A DNA stretch of 64,000 nt from the human T2T-CHM13v2.0 reference genome, Homo sapiens (GCA_009914755.4 CP068257.2:5632001-5696000), one strand, 5' to 3'. Counted from the first letter of the stretch, positions 1 to 14,492 are shown. A program made the numbers and translations. Notes: a model not told the origin generated them from the letters alone.

Positions 1-1330
1 GTTGAGGAAGATATTTATTATTTAGGTGCACCGGCCCAGTCAGATTAACATCCAAAGGACTGAGTCCTGAACAAAGATTCAAGTTACCTTTTAAGCGTTT
101 TGTGGGGTGGTGGGGAGTGGGGGAGATCTGTGCACGGGGAAGCATATTACAGAAGCGAGAAACAAAGACAGTTATTCAATTAATTGAGACATGCATTATA
201 TTATTTCTTACTTTTCAAGGAAAAACATGTTTTACGACTTGAGTTTCTCTGTCTAGTGAACTTGCAGCTGCACAGCTAGAGAAACAGGTTCTTCACAATG
301 CCTGGGAAAGGAGGAGAGATGAGGCTCACTAGCCACAGAAAAACAGGCAGTTAATTTTTAAAGGACTCCAGCTCTTTCTGTTTCTCAGGGGGAATTGGGT
401 TTTCTCACATACAGCTGAGTTTCTGCTTACACATTTTTTAATTTCTTTTAATTCCTGATCCACTTGGTCCAGGGCCAGGGCATCACTGCCCTGTACCACC
501 TCCAGGAGGGAGTTCCTTGCATCCTGGCCCTTCTAGCTCCAGGCTTGGTTCAAAGGGCTGCAGATAGAGCTCAGGCCATTGCTTCAGAGGGTGCAAACTA
601 TAAGCCTTGGTGGCTTCCATGTGGTGTTAAGCCTGCAGGTGATCAAAGTGCAAGAGTGAAGGAAGCTTGGCATTCTCTGCCTAAATTTCAGAGGATGTAT
701 GAGAAAGGCTGGATGCCCAGAGAGAAGCCTATGCACAGGTGGAGCCCTCAAAGAGGACCTCTTCTAGGACAGTGCCAAGTGGTAATGTGGGATTGGAGGC
801 CCCACACTGTGGGGGCTGCCTAGTGGAGCTGTGGGAGGGGGGGCTGCTGACCTCCAGATCAAAGAATGATAGAGCCACCAGCAGCTCCTGTCTTCAGTGT
901 AGAAAAGCTGTGGGAGCAGAGCTGCCCAAAGCCTTGGGAGCCCACCCTATGCATCCTGGTAATGCTCTATGTTCCCAGGATGTGGGACATGGTTTCAAAG
1001 GAGATTATTTTGGAACATCGAGATTTAATGACTGCCCTGCTGGGATTTGAACTTGTGTGGGGCCTGTAGTCCCTTTCTTTTGGCCAATTTATCTCATTTG
1101 TAATGGGAAAGTTTACCCAATGCCTGTATCCCAGTTTTATCTTAGAAGTCAATAACTGGTTTTGATTTTACAGGCTCATTGGTGGAAGGGACTTGCCTTG
1201 TCTCAGAAGAAACTGCACTTTCGAGTGATGCCAAAACAGTTTGAGACTTTTGGGGGACTATTGAGAAGGGATGATTGTATTTTGCAATGTGAGAAGAACA
1301 TGAGATTTGAAGGGCCAGGGATGGAATGAA

Positions 1331-1737
1331 ATAGTTTGGATGTTATACCCTTTAAGTCTCATGTTGAATTGTAATTCCCACTGTTGGAGGTGGGGTCTGT
1401 TGGGAGGTGATGGGGTCATAAGGGCTGATTTCTCATGTTTAGCACCATCCTCTTGGCACTGTCCTTGCAAGAGTGAGTGAGTTCTCATGATATCTGGCTG
1501 TTTAAAAGTGTGTGGCACCTCTCCCTGCTTGCTCCTGCTCTGGCCATGTGACATACCTTCTTTTGCTTCACCTTCTGCTATGTGTAAAAGCTCCCTGAGG
1601 ACCCTTCTTGAAGCCAAGCAACTGCCAATGCAAAACTTCCTGTACAGCCTGCAGAATTGGGAGCCAAGTCAACCTTTTTTTTCGGTATAAATTACGTAGT
1701 GCTTAGGTATTCCTTTATAGAACTGTCATAGTACAAT
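1331..1737 (+). mobile_element. ERVL-MaLR LTR (THE1/MST-like), near full-length LTR. Upstream 1-1330 may be MaLR internal sequence (unverified).
   Basis: Matches the THE1/MST LTR pattern. The start reads ...tttaagtctcatgttgaattgtaattcccactgttggaggtgggg...gtgatggggtcat. The end reads ...cagcctgcagaattgggagccaagtcaacc...tataaattac..aggtattcctttatag. Confidence 0.6.
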
Positions 1738-4149
1738 TATAGCAAGAATGTCATAATACAAGGCATAATGGTTTGCATTTTAAAAATGAAAATTAAATTT
1801 ATGTAATTTATCATGAAAGGATGAAATGAGTTAATAATGAGTAATATCTACATGTTGTCTTAGAGGTGCTGACAATCTGTCAAGGAATTACATGCACGGA
1901 TCAAGCAGTTTACCTTCAAGTTGAATAACAAGGTATTCCTATCTAACATAACAAAATTTTGACATTATTTGGGAGACTGGAAATAATGCTAAGTAATATC
2001 AGATTGTCAAAGTCAAATAAATATAGAGACAAACATCTGAAATTAAAATGTTTTATTTGAGATACAAGTATAACAATTTCACACATACATGCAGAATGGG
2101 TGTCTTTAGTATGTCCAAAACATAAAGAGAAAGTTAGAGGTTTTATAAAAACGGGAGACAGAGAGAAAAACGGTATGTATTTCTCTTTGAGAAAGTTCAC
2201 TGGCACCAGTAAGGTTTTTGAGAGCTGGTAGGCTCTGATAGGTGAGGGACAGTGGTGGGTAAAGCTAGTCTTAGTGTTCAAGAGGTTGTTGCAGTAACCA
2301 TTTGATAAAACTGGCTTCAGCTTAAAGCAGGTAATTTCAGCAGCCAGGCATGAAGAGAATTACGCTTTTGGAGTGGTGTTTTTGCCCTGAATGCCTCCTC
2401 CCCCTGGCTTCTTGATGGTTTTATTTGGTGTGACAAGAATGACCCAATTCATATGATCAATTTTTACATTTACCCCTTTCCATCAAGAACTTTCTCTTAA
2501 AGCATCAACCACGTTTATAGTTGTACAACTACAAGTTAGGCTTAATCATCACTTAGTGCTAGGATGGACCTGTCTCAGTTGCTCCATCCCACATCTGGGA
2601 AAGGTATGGAGGTCTACATCAGGTCTATGTCAAGATTTATGGCCTAAAATGTCTATCCAAGGAAAAAATAAAACTGACCAGTAATCCCAGGAGAGAAACA
2701 TACCTTGGCAAATTCGAAGATATTTCTAATTTTATTTAACAATTTTAAAATTAATTAATGTATCAAAGATTCACCCAACTCATGTCAAACAAAATATGTT
2801 TGGGTTAATTAATATATATTTTATATGGACATTCCTTTATTTAAAACATCCTTTTTTCCTAGAATGATGGATTAGGGGATTTCAGTGTGCCTCAGCCAGT
2901 TGGAAGTAGAAAAATAAGCATAAAGATAAACTTTGTGAACTTCAATTCAAGAAGAAAAATAGGAATTCACAGGAATAGAGAAGAACATTCCAGACACTGT
3001 GGAGGGGGAGGTGGGAAGGCAGCCTCTGTTATAACATTTGGTTCATAAAAGGGAGTGAAACACCAGTACGAGAGAAGAGCAGCCAGTCTCCCTCTGCAAC
3101 TCACCTTTCCACTGGGGATCTGTGCAATCCAGATTAAGGGAGAGCACTCTGTTTCTCCCAAGCCTTGGAGCTAGCACAAAAGAGGCTGAGATATGGGGAA
3201 AGAGGAAAGACACTCAGAAAAGCTGCAGGCATTTCCCCAGACCTGGGACTGAGAGAAGGATGCCCTTTTTAATCTGGGCTCATACAAAGTCAATCATTGT
3301 TTTGTGCCTGGCAATGATGGCCACTGCAGACACTTTAATCTTGGGCTAGGAATTGGAGTGCTTGCTCTGGAGCAGGGGAGCAGCCTCCACCGCCAGAATT
3401 GAGTGTTGAGTATGGAAAGTGCCCCAGCAGTAGGTGTTGGAATTAGGCTCTCTCCTCTTGCAGGACTGTAGTGGGAAGAGAGTTCCTAAAGCAGAGGTTT
3501 CTCAAGGATGGTGAGACTTGCAGCCAAGAACAACTTTGCAACCTGGAACTGGTCTGTGTGTGTCATTGCTGGTTGTCCCAGCCTACTCCCTTGGTCAGTT
3601 GACAGAGTACTCCATCAGCTCCAAGAAACAGGAGGGAGGTGAACCCTATTCCCCAGGAGACCTAAACTTTGGTGGGGACCAGCCCTAAGGGAAGGAGGAA
3701 TACAGCTTGCCAAACCCACCCCTTGGATAAAAGGAAACACGATCATGACATCAGCTGCTGAAAGGGGCACACCAAAGCCTGGGAACAGATTTAGAGAGGT
3801 AGTCATCTCTTGCCCTCTGTCCCCTTCCTAGTGCACTGCTGCAGACCCAGCAGTGGTCATCCTGTTGGGGCCCAAGGAACGTGGGCTGAAAGAGGCTGCT
3901 TCTTAGGTTTCTCCAGCAGCTCTGCCCCTGCTGAAGACTAGTACACACTGGGACAGGGCGCTTTTGGCACTTTGTCACTTCTGTACCTGTCGAGGACAAG
4001 TACACAGAGGAGAAGACCCTGCAGCCAGCTGTCACTCTTAAGCACTGTTTACTGGACTGAAGCCTTGATTACACCACCAAACAAAAATACATCACCACAC
4101 CACGCCACCACAGGAGCCTATCTGCAACCAAGGAACTTGTACAGAGCCT

Positions 4150-5235
4150 TGGTCCTCTGAAAGTACCCAGAAATGAAGCAAATTGATCCTATACAACACA
4201 CACCACAGTCATACCCTTAAGAAAAAGAAAGAATGAAAAATTAAAAAAAAAACTCCTTCCAAATGATAGCAAGTTCAGCAAAAGTAGCATCAAGTCTCTC
4301 AGATGAGAAGAAACCAGCACAAGAACTCTGGCAATACAAAAAGCCAGAATGTTCCATCACCTCCAAAGGATTACACCAGCAATCTAACAAAGAGTCCTAA
4401 CCAGAATGAAACATCTGAAATGACAGGTATAGTATTCAAGATATAAGTGGCAAAAAGAAAAATCACCAAAATCCAACAGAAAGTTGAAATCCAACAACAA
4501 ACCCATAACAACGATCCTGGATTTGAATGACAACATAGCCATATTAAGAAAGAACCAAGCAGAGCTTCTTGCATTGAGAAATTTACTATAGGAATTTCAA
4601 AAAACAGCTGGCAGCCTTAGCAACAGACTAGACCAAATAGAAGAAATAATTTAAGAGCTCAAATACCAGACCTTTGAATCAACCGAGTCAGACAAAAATA
4701 AAAAAAGAATTTAAAAATAATGAACCAAACTTTTGAGAAATGTAGGATTATGTAAAGGAACAAAATCTATGACTTATTGGCATTTTTTTTTTTGAGACAG
4801 AATCTCACTCTGTTACCCAGTCTGTAGTGCAGCTGCATGATCTTGGCTCACTGAAACCTCCACCTCCTTGATTCAAGTAATTCTCATGCCTCAGCCTCCC
4901 AAGTATCTGAGATTACAGGCGTGTGCCAGCATGCCTCAGTAATTTTTGTATTTTTAGTAGAGATGGGGTTTCGCCATGCTGGCCAGGTTGGTCTCAAATT
5001 TCTGGCCTCGGGTGATCCTCCCACCTTGGCCTCCCAAAGTGCTGGGATTACTGGCATGAGCCACTGTGCGTGGCTGACTTATTGGCATTTCTAACAGAGA
5101 AGAAGAGAAAGTAATCAACTTGGAAAACGTTTTTGAGAACATAATTCAGGAAACTGTCCTCAATCTTGCTAAAGAGGTCGACATGCTGATACAAGAAATC
5201 CAGAGAACTCCCGTGAGACTGAAGGTAGACAGTGA
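4150..5235 (+). mobile_element. L1 fragment (ORF1 region, older subfamily), split by an Alu insertion
   Basis: The sequence reads like L1 ORF1: ...aaagaaccaagcagagcttcttgcattgagaaattt..., and after the Alu ...gaagaagagaaagtaatcaacttggaaaacgtttttgagaacataattcaggaaa... It is continuous across the Alu once the TSD is removed. Confidence 0.5.
4786..5074 (-). mobile_element. Alu SINE with a 16-bp target-site duplication
   Basis: Poly-T at 4786 followed by gagacagaatctcactctgttacccag...ggattactggcatgagccactgtgcgtggc. The same 16-mer tgacttattggcattt lies at 4770-4785 and 5075-5090. Confidence 0.85.
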
Positions 5236-5985
5236 AGCAAATGCTTGCTTTCTTGTGTGGCTCTGATTAGCATCAGGATATCTACATTTTACATAGGAAA
5301 GGAGGGAGCAGAGGAAACAGTTATGCATTCATCTCGCATTCAGTAAATCTCCATTTTACGTAAGATAAAGTAAGCATGTAAATAGAGGGAGTGGAGTAAA
5401 GGAATACTCAATGATTCATTCATCTCAGGATAGGCAGAGGGATGATTTCTCGTCCTGACCTTGTCCCAGAACTATGAAAATAAGCTGGTAATTGAGATTC
5501 TCAGGGTGAAATTGAGCCGACTCACTTTTAGGGATAGTTTACAGGTGGGATGTGCATTCTGAAAAATTTAGGGGCTCACAGCAAACTGTGAGGGAGGACA
5601 TCTGAAGAGACATGCGGCCTTCTGTCACTGTGGGAACCTCGCTTATGGATGAGGCTATGACACAGGGTTGTGAAGTTATAACTATGTGTTTGAGAACAAG
5701 GAAAGCAGTATTGCATAACTCAGTTCCCAAGCTTAATTTTCCCTTTGACACAGTTAGCTTGGGGTTGGGGTCTCTATTCTCTTTTCTCTCACAAAATCAT
5801 ATGGGAACATTCCAGAAAATGTGAGGTTCTGTGCTCACTATTAAATAAAAATGACCAGGAGAGCCATGGGTAAGCTCCCTCCTCAGTCATCAGGACCCCA
5901 ACAGAGAGTTTTCCCCTGTGTGGACAGGGTCCTGAATTCTACAGGATCCCGTGGGGACACAAGTGTCAGGATAGAGACATTCATT

Positions 5986-6250
5986 CAGCCAGGCACAGTG
6001 TCTCACACCTGTAATGTCAGCTACACTGGAGGCTGAGGTCGCCTTGAGGCCAGGATTTCAAGACCAGCCTGGACAAGATAGCAAGATCCCATATCTAAGA
6101 ATAAAATTAGCCGGGTGTGGTGGCATGCACCTGTAATCCTAGTTACTTGGGAGGGAGGCTGAGGTGGGAGGATTGCTTGAGCCTAGGCGTTGGAGGCTAC
6201 AACGAGCTAGGATTACACCACTGCACTCCAGTCTCGGCAACAGTAAGATT
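5986..6250 (+). mobile_element. Alu SINE
   Basis: gccaggcacagtgtctcacacctgtaat...gccgggtgtggtggcatgcacctgtaatcc...ctgcactccagtctcggcaaca. Confidence 0.8.
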
Positions 6251-6365
6251 TCGTATGTAACAACAACCAAACTATTCTGTGTTTTGAGTGTAAATTACCA
6301 TAGCCATTGTAACAGAAATTAGGCAGCAACTCTTAACATTCAAAATGCATAAGCAATTTGGCTAA

Positions 6366-6683
<318 letters not shown>

Positions 6684-8750
6684 TAGAGCCATATTCTTTA
6701 ATGTCTAAAAGCACTCTTGCATATTTATTACTGCATTGTTTGAACTTAAATATCCACAACAGGATAACAGGATAATTAAACAATTTATTGCACTATGGCA
6801 CATCCATCTGTTAACAAAATGAAATCGATCTTTCTGTACTGCGGTGGAATGATTTTCTGAACATAGTTCAGGTAAAAAAAAGACCACTGTTGAATAATGC
6901 TTCTGGTATAACACAATGTGTTTGAAAATGTACACAATACTCTGTAATATCCAATGCATACATCTATCAAAGTAAATATATTTTATTCTAGGGTAATTAT
7001 TAAAACATTAAGAAATACTCTTTAATCATATATGTTAAAACTTGTAGAAAATCAATAACATACAAGTAAAGAAGTTCAAGAAGCCAAAAAAAGTAATTCC
7101 GAGTGTAGAAAGCATGGTGAGAAGTGATGGAACAAAACTGCAGAAATTTAAAATGCAAAATTAAAATACATAATTCTTAATTAAAATACATAATTCTTCA
7201 TTGAACCCCGAATCTGTCAGGATGTATGTGTGATCTTGGACAACACATTCAACCTCCTCACACTGAATTTTCTTGAGTGTAAACTGTTTTAGAGATGTTC
7301 CTCACCCGGTTGCATGAAGCATATCTGTGTGTGTTAAGGCACTTCCCACAGCATCTGCGACACAGAACAGTGACAGCTGTGCTCTTCGTGGTCCCTGCAC
7401 ACAGGCCCACAGCAGTATATTGTGTGTGTTTTTTTTTTTATATAAAAGCTTTGAAAATGCCCCACAGCTTCCTCAGTAACTGACTGTCAAGAGGGGCAGC
7501 CTTCAAAAGTAGAATTCTGGCAAAGGTCTTCAAAAGACACGAAATTCTGGCAACGGGCCCATTTCCCTCTAGCCTTGCTCTTCTGGATGCATCCATTCTC
7601 TCCCACAGCATAGTCGTTTTCTTCCACTCCACTGTAGAGACTGTCCTTCTAGTGGCAACAGTGATTTGAGTGATATGCGGAAATTTCTTTCCAAGCCTGT
7701 TGGAGAAGCGTCCTCTGCCTGCTTCTTTTTGGCCACCTCCTGCCATGGTAAGAGCAGAGGGCCTCCAGGGCTGCTCTGTCACCCCCAACAGCATGGACCT
7801 CACTGCAGTCACTCCGGAAGCTTCCCTCTAAAGGAAGCTTGTGCAGGAAACATCATGCATGGAGCAGCATGGGGACAGGGGCTGGCCAGCTGGGCAGGTC
7901 TCACACTCCTGACACTCAGACTCCACGATACTCCTCTGTCCCCACCCAGGGCAGATCCCTGCCCTAAAACTTTCCCCCCTCATGTCCAGCAAATGCTGCA
8001 TGGAGCCCTGGAATTCTATGTGGAAAGCTAGGAAGGGGGAGAGCTGAAATGAAGATGTAATCACCCTTTCCAAAGAGGTCAGTCCGGTACTAAGCTGTGC
8101 TCCTGGGCAAGCTCTCCAGGCTGAGGGAACAGGAGCAGGGGTTATGTTGGGTGAAGGTGGAAGTGAGGGACCTCCCAGGAGGTGTAGAATATTCCACTAG
8201 GGACACCTCATACCCTTCGAGGATTAGACCTTGAGGCCTGGAGATCCCCAGGCAATTAGTATTGAAGGTCGAAAGGCCAGTGACAGGAATAGGAAGGCCC
8301 ACTGTGTCATTCACAAAGCACTTCCAAACCCATCATCACAGGTGACCCTCACAACAACCCTGTGAGACCTGCAGGGCAGGGGCTCTCACAAAGGAGGAGT
8401 CAGGAATGTCAAGACTTTAACACCTTCTCCAAGTCAGGATCAGGAAATGCTGTCCCAGCCCTGACCTATATTCCCTATGCTTCCTCCCACAAAACAGCTT
8501 AGGGTGACTGCCAACTTGTGGGCAGAGACCCTCACTTTCCAATCCCCACAAGGGGCTGTGCAGTGGGGAGGATGAGGCCCCCTCCTCTGACTGTCTCCTC
8601 CAAGACCCTGTTTTCTGAGGAAGGTCACTCTGGGAACTGTTGGCCTCTGCAGATGGGGGCCTGGACCGTGTGGAAACACGACGTGAAGGTCACACCTGGC
8701 AGGCACCAGTGCTGGAGGGCAAACCTCACCTTTAAAAACTCACACTTTTT

Positions 8751-8905
8751 ATTTTAAATTTATTTTTATTTTTAATTTATATGAGTACATGGTAGGTGTA
8801 TATATTTATGGGGTACATGAGATAGTTTGACACAGGCATGCAATGTGTAATAATCACATCAGGGTAAATGGGGCATTCATCACCTCAAGCAAGGGAAATG
8901 CCAGA
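8751..8905 (+). mobile_element. L1 3'-end-like fragment (older L1 subfamily)
   Basis: The run ggtacatgagatagtttgacacaggcatgcaatgtgtaataatcacatcagggtaaatggggcattcatcacctcaagca resembles the 3' region of L1MA/L1PB. Confidence 0.4.
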
Positions 8906-9083
8906 TGCTTATAAAACCATCAGATCACATGAGAACTCACTTACTATCATGAGAACAGCATGGGGGAAACTGCCGCCATGATTCAGTTACCTCTCACTGG
9001 GCCTCTCCCATGACACATGAGGATTACGGAAATTACAGTTCAAGATGAGATTTGGGTGGCTACACAGCCAAACCATATCACCT
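8906..9083 (-). mobile_element. MaLR (THE1/MST) LTR, 5' fragment
   Basis: The reverse complement reads ggtgatatggtttggctgtgtagccacccaaatctcatcttgaactgtaat...gggaggcccagtgagaggtaactgaatcatgg, which is the THE1-type LTR start. Confidence 0.55.
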
Positions 9084-10403
9084 TATAAAATTAATAAAGT
9101 GGAAATAGCAGCGGGCCTGAGTCCTGGCACCTGCCTTGTGATGCCCCCTCTTGAGGAGGGCCTGGCTTCTGTGCCATGCAGAAACTTTCCTGTGCTTCCT
9201 GTGGGCTTGGGGTGAGCCAGGTCCTCCTGGGGGAGCTGGGCACTTGTGGGACAGGAGGGTCCCTGGCCTGGGGGGTCCATTTGCCTCCTTACCCCATCAA
9301 CAAAACACCGGAGGAGCCAACTCAACAAACCTCAATGTACGGCCCTTCCTGGACCCTAGGTGTTCAGGGCCCCCTGAGCTGCCCTGGGCAGAACACTGGG
9401 CAGTGGCCAGTGCTTCCCCAACAACTCCCCCATGCACAGATGCCTGGTGGACACACTTCCCTTAACCATGCTCAGCTGGAGCTCAGCCCCCATCCTAGTA
9501 CCTCTGCCTTCTCCTCCAGGGCATGAAAAGGAAACCCAACTCCAAACCCATGGAGAATCCTCATCTTGGGTGAGGCCCTGGCTGGGACTCAGCCCCTTGT
9601 CAGGCCCTCGAGGAGCTCCATCTTCCCCTGTTTCCCTGCCACATGGGACCCAGGGCCTGTGGGAAAGAGTTGAGGGTGTTGTCCTCTCAGCAGGTACTGC
9701 ATGATCTTTGGGAAGGATTTGTGTTATACCTGCTCCTGGTAGGATAGAAGGCTCCGGAGCTGGGGAGTATTTGGGCTGTAGAAAACTGAGAAGCCCCTGA
9801 CCCATCATGCATCAGAGCCCACTCCCAAGATGTGGAGCTGTCAGCTGGAAGAGCTGGGCAGTGGCAGGGGACCCCGCACCGTGAGGCCTTCCTCCTTTCC
9901 ATCAGGTGACCCTAATATGTGGCCTCAGCTCTAGGGAGGTGGGCCCTAGCTGGAGGCACTGCACAGCAGCATCCTGGGTAGAGGTGCCAGGAGGGCAGGC
10001 CTGCCTTTGAGGTTATGAGGAAGGGCTGAGGCAGGCAGTGGCCAGTGGAGGGAACGGGGTGGGTACCGAGGGACTACATGGCCATCTCCTGGACATGGGG
10101 TCTGGCTGGGGGACATGAGATGGGCAGACACTGCCATCTTGATTTCATTGGCCCATCTGTGGGCTGGGAGGCCAGCTGGCGGTGTGGCCAGCTGGGAGGT
10201 AGGAGGACTCTTGGGGAAGGGAGAGTCACCTGCATGAACTCAGGGCTAGAGGGCTGTGGCTCTGGGACACACAGGGTGGCCAGGGGGAGGCTGCAGCGCC
10301 CTCTGCTGTTGGGAATGAAAGGTGTCTGCCTTGAAGTGAAAGGGTCCCTGTTCAGTTCTGGGTTCCTGTGGGACCCTCAGCAGGGATATCCTGAAGGCTC
10401 CTA

Positions 10404-10649
<246 letters not shown>

Positions 10650-13070
10650 TCACCATGGAAGCATGTCACCTGAGAGGGATGAGGCCTTCTGGGAGGACTC
10701 ATGTCACTGGAGAGGACAGAGGTCACCTGGGAGACCTCCCTCAGGCCCTAGGGGATTTAGGGCACAGACTCTGCACCCCTCCCCTGACCCTGGACATGAG
10801 GGCTAAGCAAGTCCCCCACAACTCAGTTGAAAAGGGACCTGGAGGGACTTCTGCAGTGAGTGTCCAACCTCACATGGTCTGAAGGGGCACAGGCAAGGGT
10901 CATTCACATCCCCTATCATGGGCCAGGCTGGAAAGGCCAGTGTGCCAGGCCTGGGGAAGCACCTGTGAACTGCACCTACCACAAGGGCAGGCGGTGGGCC
11001 ACTGATCACCACACAATGGATCGTGTGATGGCCCAGGAGCTGCCTGCCAGGCACAGGAGGGCAGCTGGGTCCAGACCCTATGTGAGCAGCCCGTGGAGTG
11101 ATCTCAGCAGCTCTCCCTGTCTGGAATGGTCTGGGAAGTGGGGGCCAAGCAGGAACAGCCACCTGGGTGACCTCCTCCCTGTCTACTGTTCTCTTACGGG
11201 GTTAAGGCAAAGGGGAAATTGGATCCCTGCCAGGTTTCCAATAAAGAGGCTTCCTCAGGATTCAAACTCATTTCATGAGAAGAGCCTGGCCCCATCAGGC
11301 ACCTCAGCAACTTGTCAAACATGTCTCTTGCAAGGACTATCCTGTGTGCAACACTGCTAAGCTCCTTGTTTTGGGCAGCACCAGGAGGGGAGGGTCATTT
11401 CTTCTTCTGAGACATGGTGGTTGGGTCCAGGTGACATCCACAGCCTGGGCCCTGACCCCTTTCACTCTCAGCGGGACCCCTTGAGACACCAGCTTCCCTT
11501 CCTTGCTTGGGTGTCCACACCAGCAGTTCTACCTACTACATCATTACAGCCAGATCAGGATCAATGTCCTCTCTCTGGAATAAATGCAGTGACCACTGTT
11601 CTTTGAGCATTATTTATCTTAAATTATTGTTTTAATTAGAAATGTATTTCACTTATATTAGCCAAATTTCCTTTCAATGTAACCAAATTTCTTTTAAGTG
11701 AAAATTAAATATTTACCTTCTGCTATCAAGCATTCTATGTACACAAAATGTTTATTTTTTTCAACTTTAGAAAAAATTGAAAATGTCTACATGCTACTAA
11801 TCTAAAAATACAGGCTCTGGGTTTATATGGTGTTTATCTTTCTTCCGAATTTTAAGGAATAGATATTTAAATGGCATCCACTTTGTTTTAAAATACATAA
11901 AATGTTTTAAGCTTTTGACCTCAAAATTTACAGTAGCAAAGCTACTCCGTAATGAATAAACCACAGAATCAAAACAAAGAAAGATTCCACAGACCAGTCT
12001 AACCAACAATACAATTATAAACTAGTTGTTCAAATATCAAAAACCAATTTCAATGACAAATGAATGGTATGAAAACCCCGCAAATGTCAAGTAGAATATA
12101 TTATACTTGAATGAAATCATGAGTTGAGAGTAGGAAATCTAGGTTTAACCAAGCAAATTAAATAATGTTTATGAGGAAATTATACTGCTAATGTTTTATT
12201 ATTTGGCAAGCTATTCAGTGGAACACAAAGATATTCTTAACGAAGTCGAAAATATATTTTAAAATGTTACTGAAGTGGATTAAAAAATAATGAGGACATG
12301 AATAACTTTTAAAAGTATTCGGCGATAAAGAGAGAAAAATAAATTTAGATTTCATACATACATAAAATATATTTAAAAAGTTGTGTTTTCTGTTTGCTCA
12401 AATAAAAGGAGCAGATATTTAAATTCCATGCCTTTCATTTTAAAGTTTAGGAAATGCTTATAGCTTTCCACACTGACATTTATACTGACACAGTTAATCT
12501 AATCGAGTGATAACAAAATCAAAACAAGCAGAATTCTCTTGAGCAATCTATTTTCTTGATTTTTAAAAGTCAATGTACTCTCAAAGAAACAAAACTCTTA
12601 TTCGTGGATTCTGTTATTTGAAAACATTTACTGATCATTTACCTTACAGCAAGTGATCTCCAGCTCGTGGAAAAATATGTAAAGTTGCCCAGCTGCATTA
12701 AGCTTAAACTCTTCTGAAGGAGAAAAGAAGCAATGGAGTAGGGACATTAAAGCAGGAGTGTGGTGATATGGCTGAGACTTCTACTTGCACACTGTGGTAG
12801 CTGTGTGGAGAATGGATTGAAAAAAGGGCAATGACAGAAGCTTAAATTAGTATCAAATATGGCAATCCTGTAAATTTAGGTGTCCTTGAAATAAGAAAAA
12901 TGTATAATAGTTCTCATTATTTCCCCAAGAAATCTCTGCACTTGGCCTTGTGAGGGAAGCGCTATAGTTACCAAGTGGTGGGGGTGGGAAGGTGAATTTG
13001 AAACAACATTTGGAATTACTACACTTTAAAGGTAAAGCTGACAGGAATTCCATACACGTCAGATCTGAAA

Positions 13071-13071
<1 letters not shown>

Positions 13072-13109
<38 letters not shown>

Positions 13110-13260
13110 TGTCTGTGTGTGTTTGTGTGTGTGTGAAGCAGGGAGAAAGAGCAAGAGTGAAAGTGAGCAAGAGAGAGAGGAGAGAGAGGGAGAGAATCAG
13201 ACAGATACAGAAAGAGATTGACAGAGCTACAGAGACAGAATTGAAAGGGGACACCAAGAA
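13072..13260. repeat. Compound microsatellite: (GT)n ~60 bp followed by purine-rich (GA)n/(GAGAG) tract
   Basis: gtgtgtgtgtgtgtgtgtgtgtgtgtgtctgtctgtgtgtgtttgtgtgtgtg then gagagagaggagagagagggagagaa... Confidence 0.85.
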
Positions 13261-14087
13261 TATTGAGCTGAGAAACTATAAAATGGGAGTTGCCATTAAA
13301 CAGAATGGGGAAGAGCAAATTTGGGGAGTTTCAGTGGCTCAATATAGACATATTAATTTTGAGATTCCTAACTGACATCCACGTGGATAAGTCAGGGAGT
13401 GTTGGGTGTAGTGTCCAGTGTTTAGGTGTAATATGAAATATCAGGAAATTAATGACACAAACATTAGTAAGAAAGCAAAGATAAGAAGTCGAAGTCCTGA
13501 GCCTAATGGTCCTCTAACATTTAAAAAATAGAAAAGATGAAACCTGCAATAAAGGACTAGGGGTAATTATCAAAAACATGGTGGGGGGAAAGTAGGTTAA
13601 GTATTCTGGAATTCTATAAAAAAGTTTTACAAAGAGAAGGTGGAGATCAACTGTGTGAAATGCTGCTGATATATAAATTAAGACGAAGGCCGAGGAGTTA
13701 TGGTTCAATTTATAGTTTAACAATATGGATAGCACTTATGTTTTAATACGAGCAGCTTCGTTGGAGTGAGTAGGTGAGAAATCATATTGGAGTGGTTGCT
13801 GAAATGAAAGTCTGATCTCTGGATTCTTAAGGAAAAATTTTATTGGACTGCAGAGACATAAATTGGATTTTTAATTCTGGAGTCAGGATGTGCTCAGTAA
13901 ACATGTGCCCATTAATGCCTCCTCACATTTTTTTAGCTCGGTATTCTGTTATCTTTTAATAATATAATAATGACTTGCAAAACCTACACCCATTTTGCAG
14001 CAAACCGTGACACATGTATACCTGTGTAACAAACCTGCATGTTCTGCACATTTATCCCAGAACTTAAAGTATATATATACACTTTAT

Positions 14088-14200
14088 ATATATATATATA
14101 TATTCTCTCTCTCTCTCTCTCTATCTCTATATATATATAGAGAGAGAGACAGAGAGAGAGACAGACAGACAGACAGAGAGAGAGAGAAAGAAATCCCAGC
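14088..14200. repeat. Compound microsatellite (TA)n(TC)n(TA)n(GA)n(GACA)n
   Basis: atatatatatatatattctctctctctctctctatctctatatatatatagagagagagacagagagagagacagacagacagacagagagagagag. Confidence 0.85.
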
Positions 14201-14492
14201 CAAGTGCAGTGGCTCATGATTGTAATCCCAGGGCTTTGGGAGGCTGAGACAGGTCGACCATCTAAGGTCAGGATTGAGAACAGCCTGGCCAACATGGTGA
14301 AACCCTGTCTTTACTAAACATACAAAAATTAGCTGGGTGTGGTGGGGGGCACCTATAGTCCCAGCTACTTGAGAGGCCAAAGCAGGACAATCACTTGAAC
14401 CTGGAAGGCAAAGACTGCAGTGAGCTAAGATCATGCCACAGCACTACAGCCTGGGTGACAGGGTGAGACTGCCTCAAAAACAAAAGCAAAAA
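14196..14492 (+). mobile_element. Alu SINE
   Basis: cccagccaagtgcagtggctcatgattgtaatcccag...agctgggtgtggtggggggcacctatagtcccagctac...gcctcaaaaacaaaagcaaaaaa. Confidence 0.8.

Noticed and set aside
1-1330. ORFs 464..823, 739..1050 and the possibility that 1-1330 is MaLR internal (gag-like) sequence
   Set aside because: No recognisable retroviral protein motifs were found in the translations. Adjacency to a MaLR LTR makes MaLR-internal origin plausible but unproven, so no feature was called.
13019-14434. ORFs spanning the (GT)n/(GA)n and (TA)n(TC)n microsatellites (e.g. 12853..13257, 14084..14434)
   Set aside because: Their translations are homopolymeric/dipeptide runs (HTHTHT, SLSLSL, ERERER) produced by the microsatellites. 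They are not coding.
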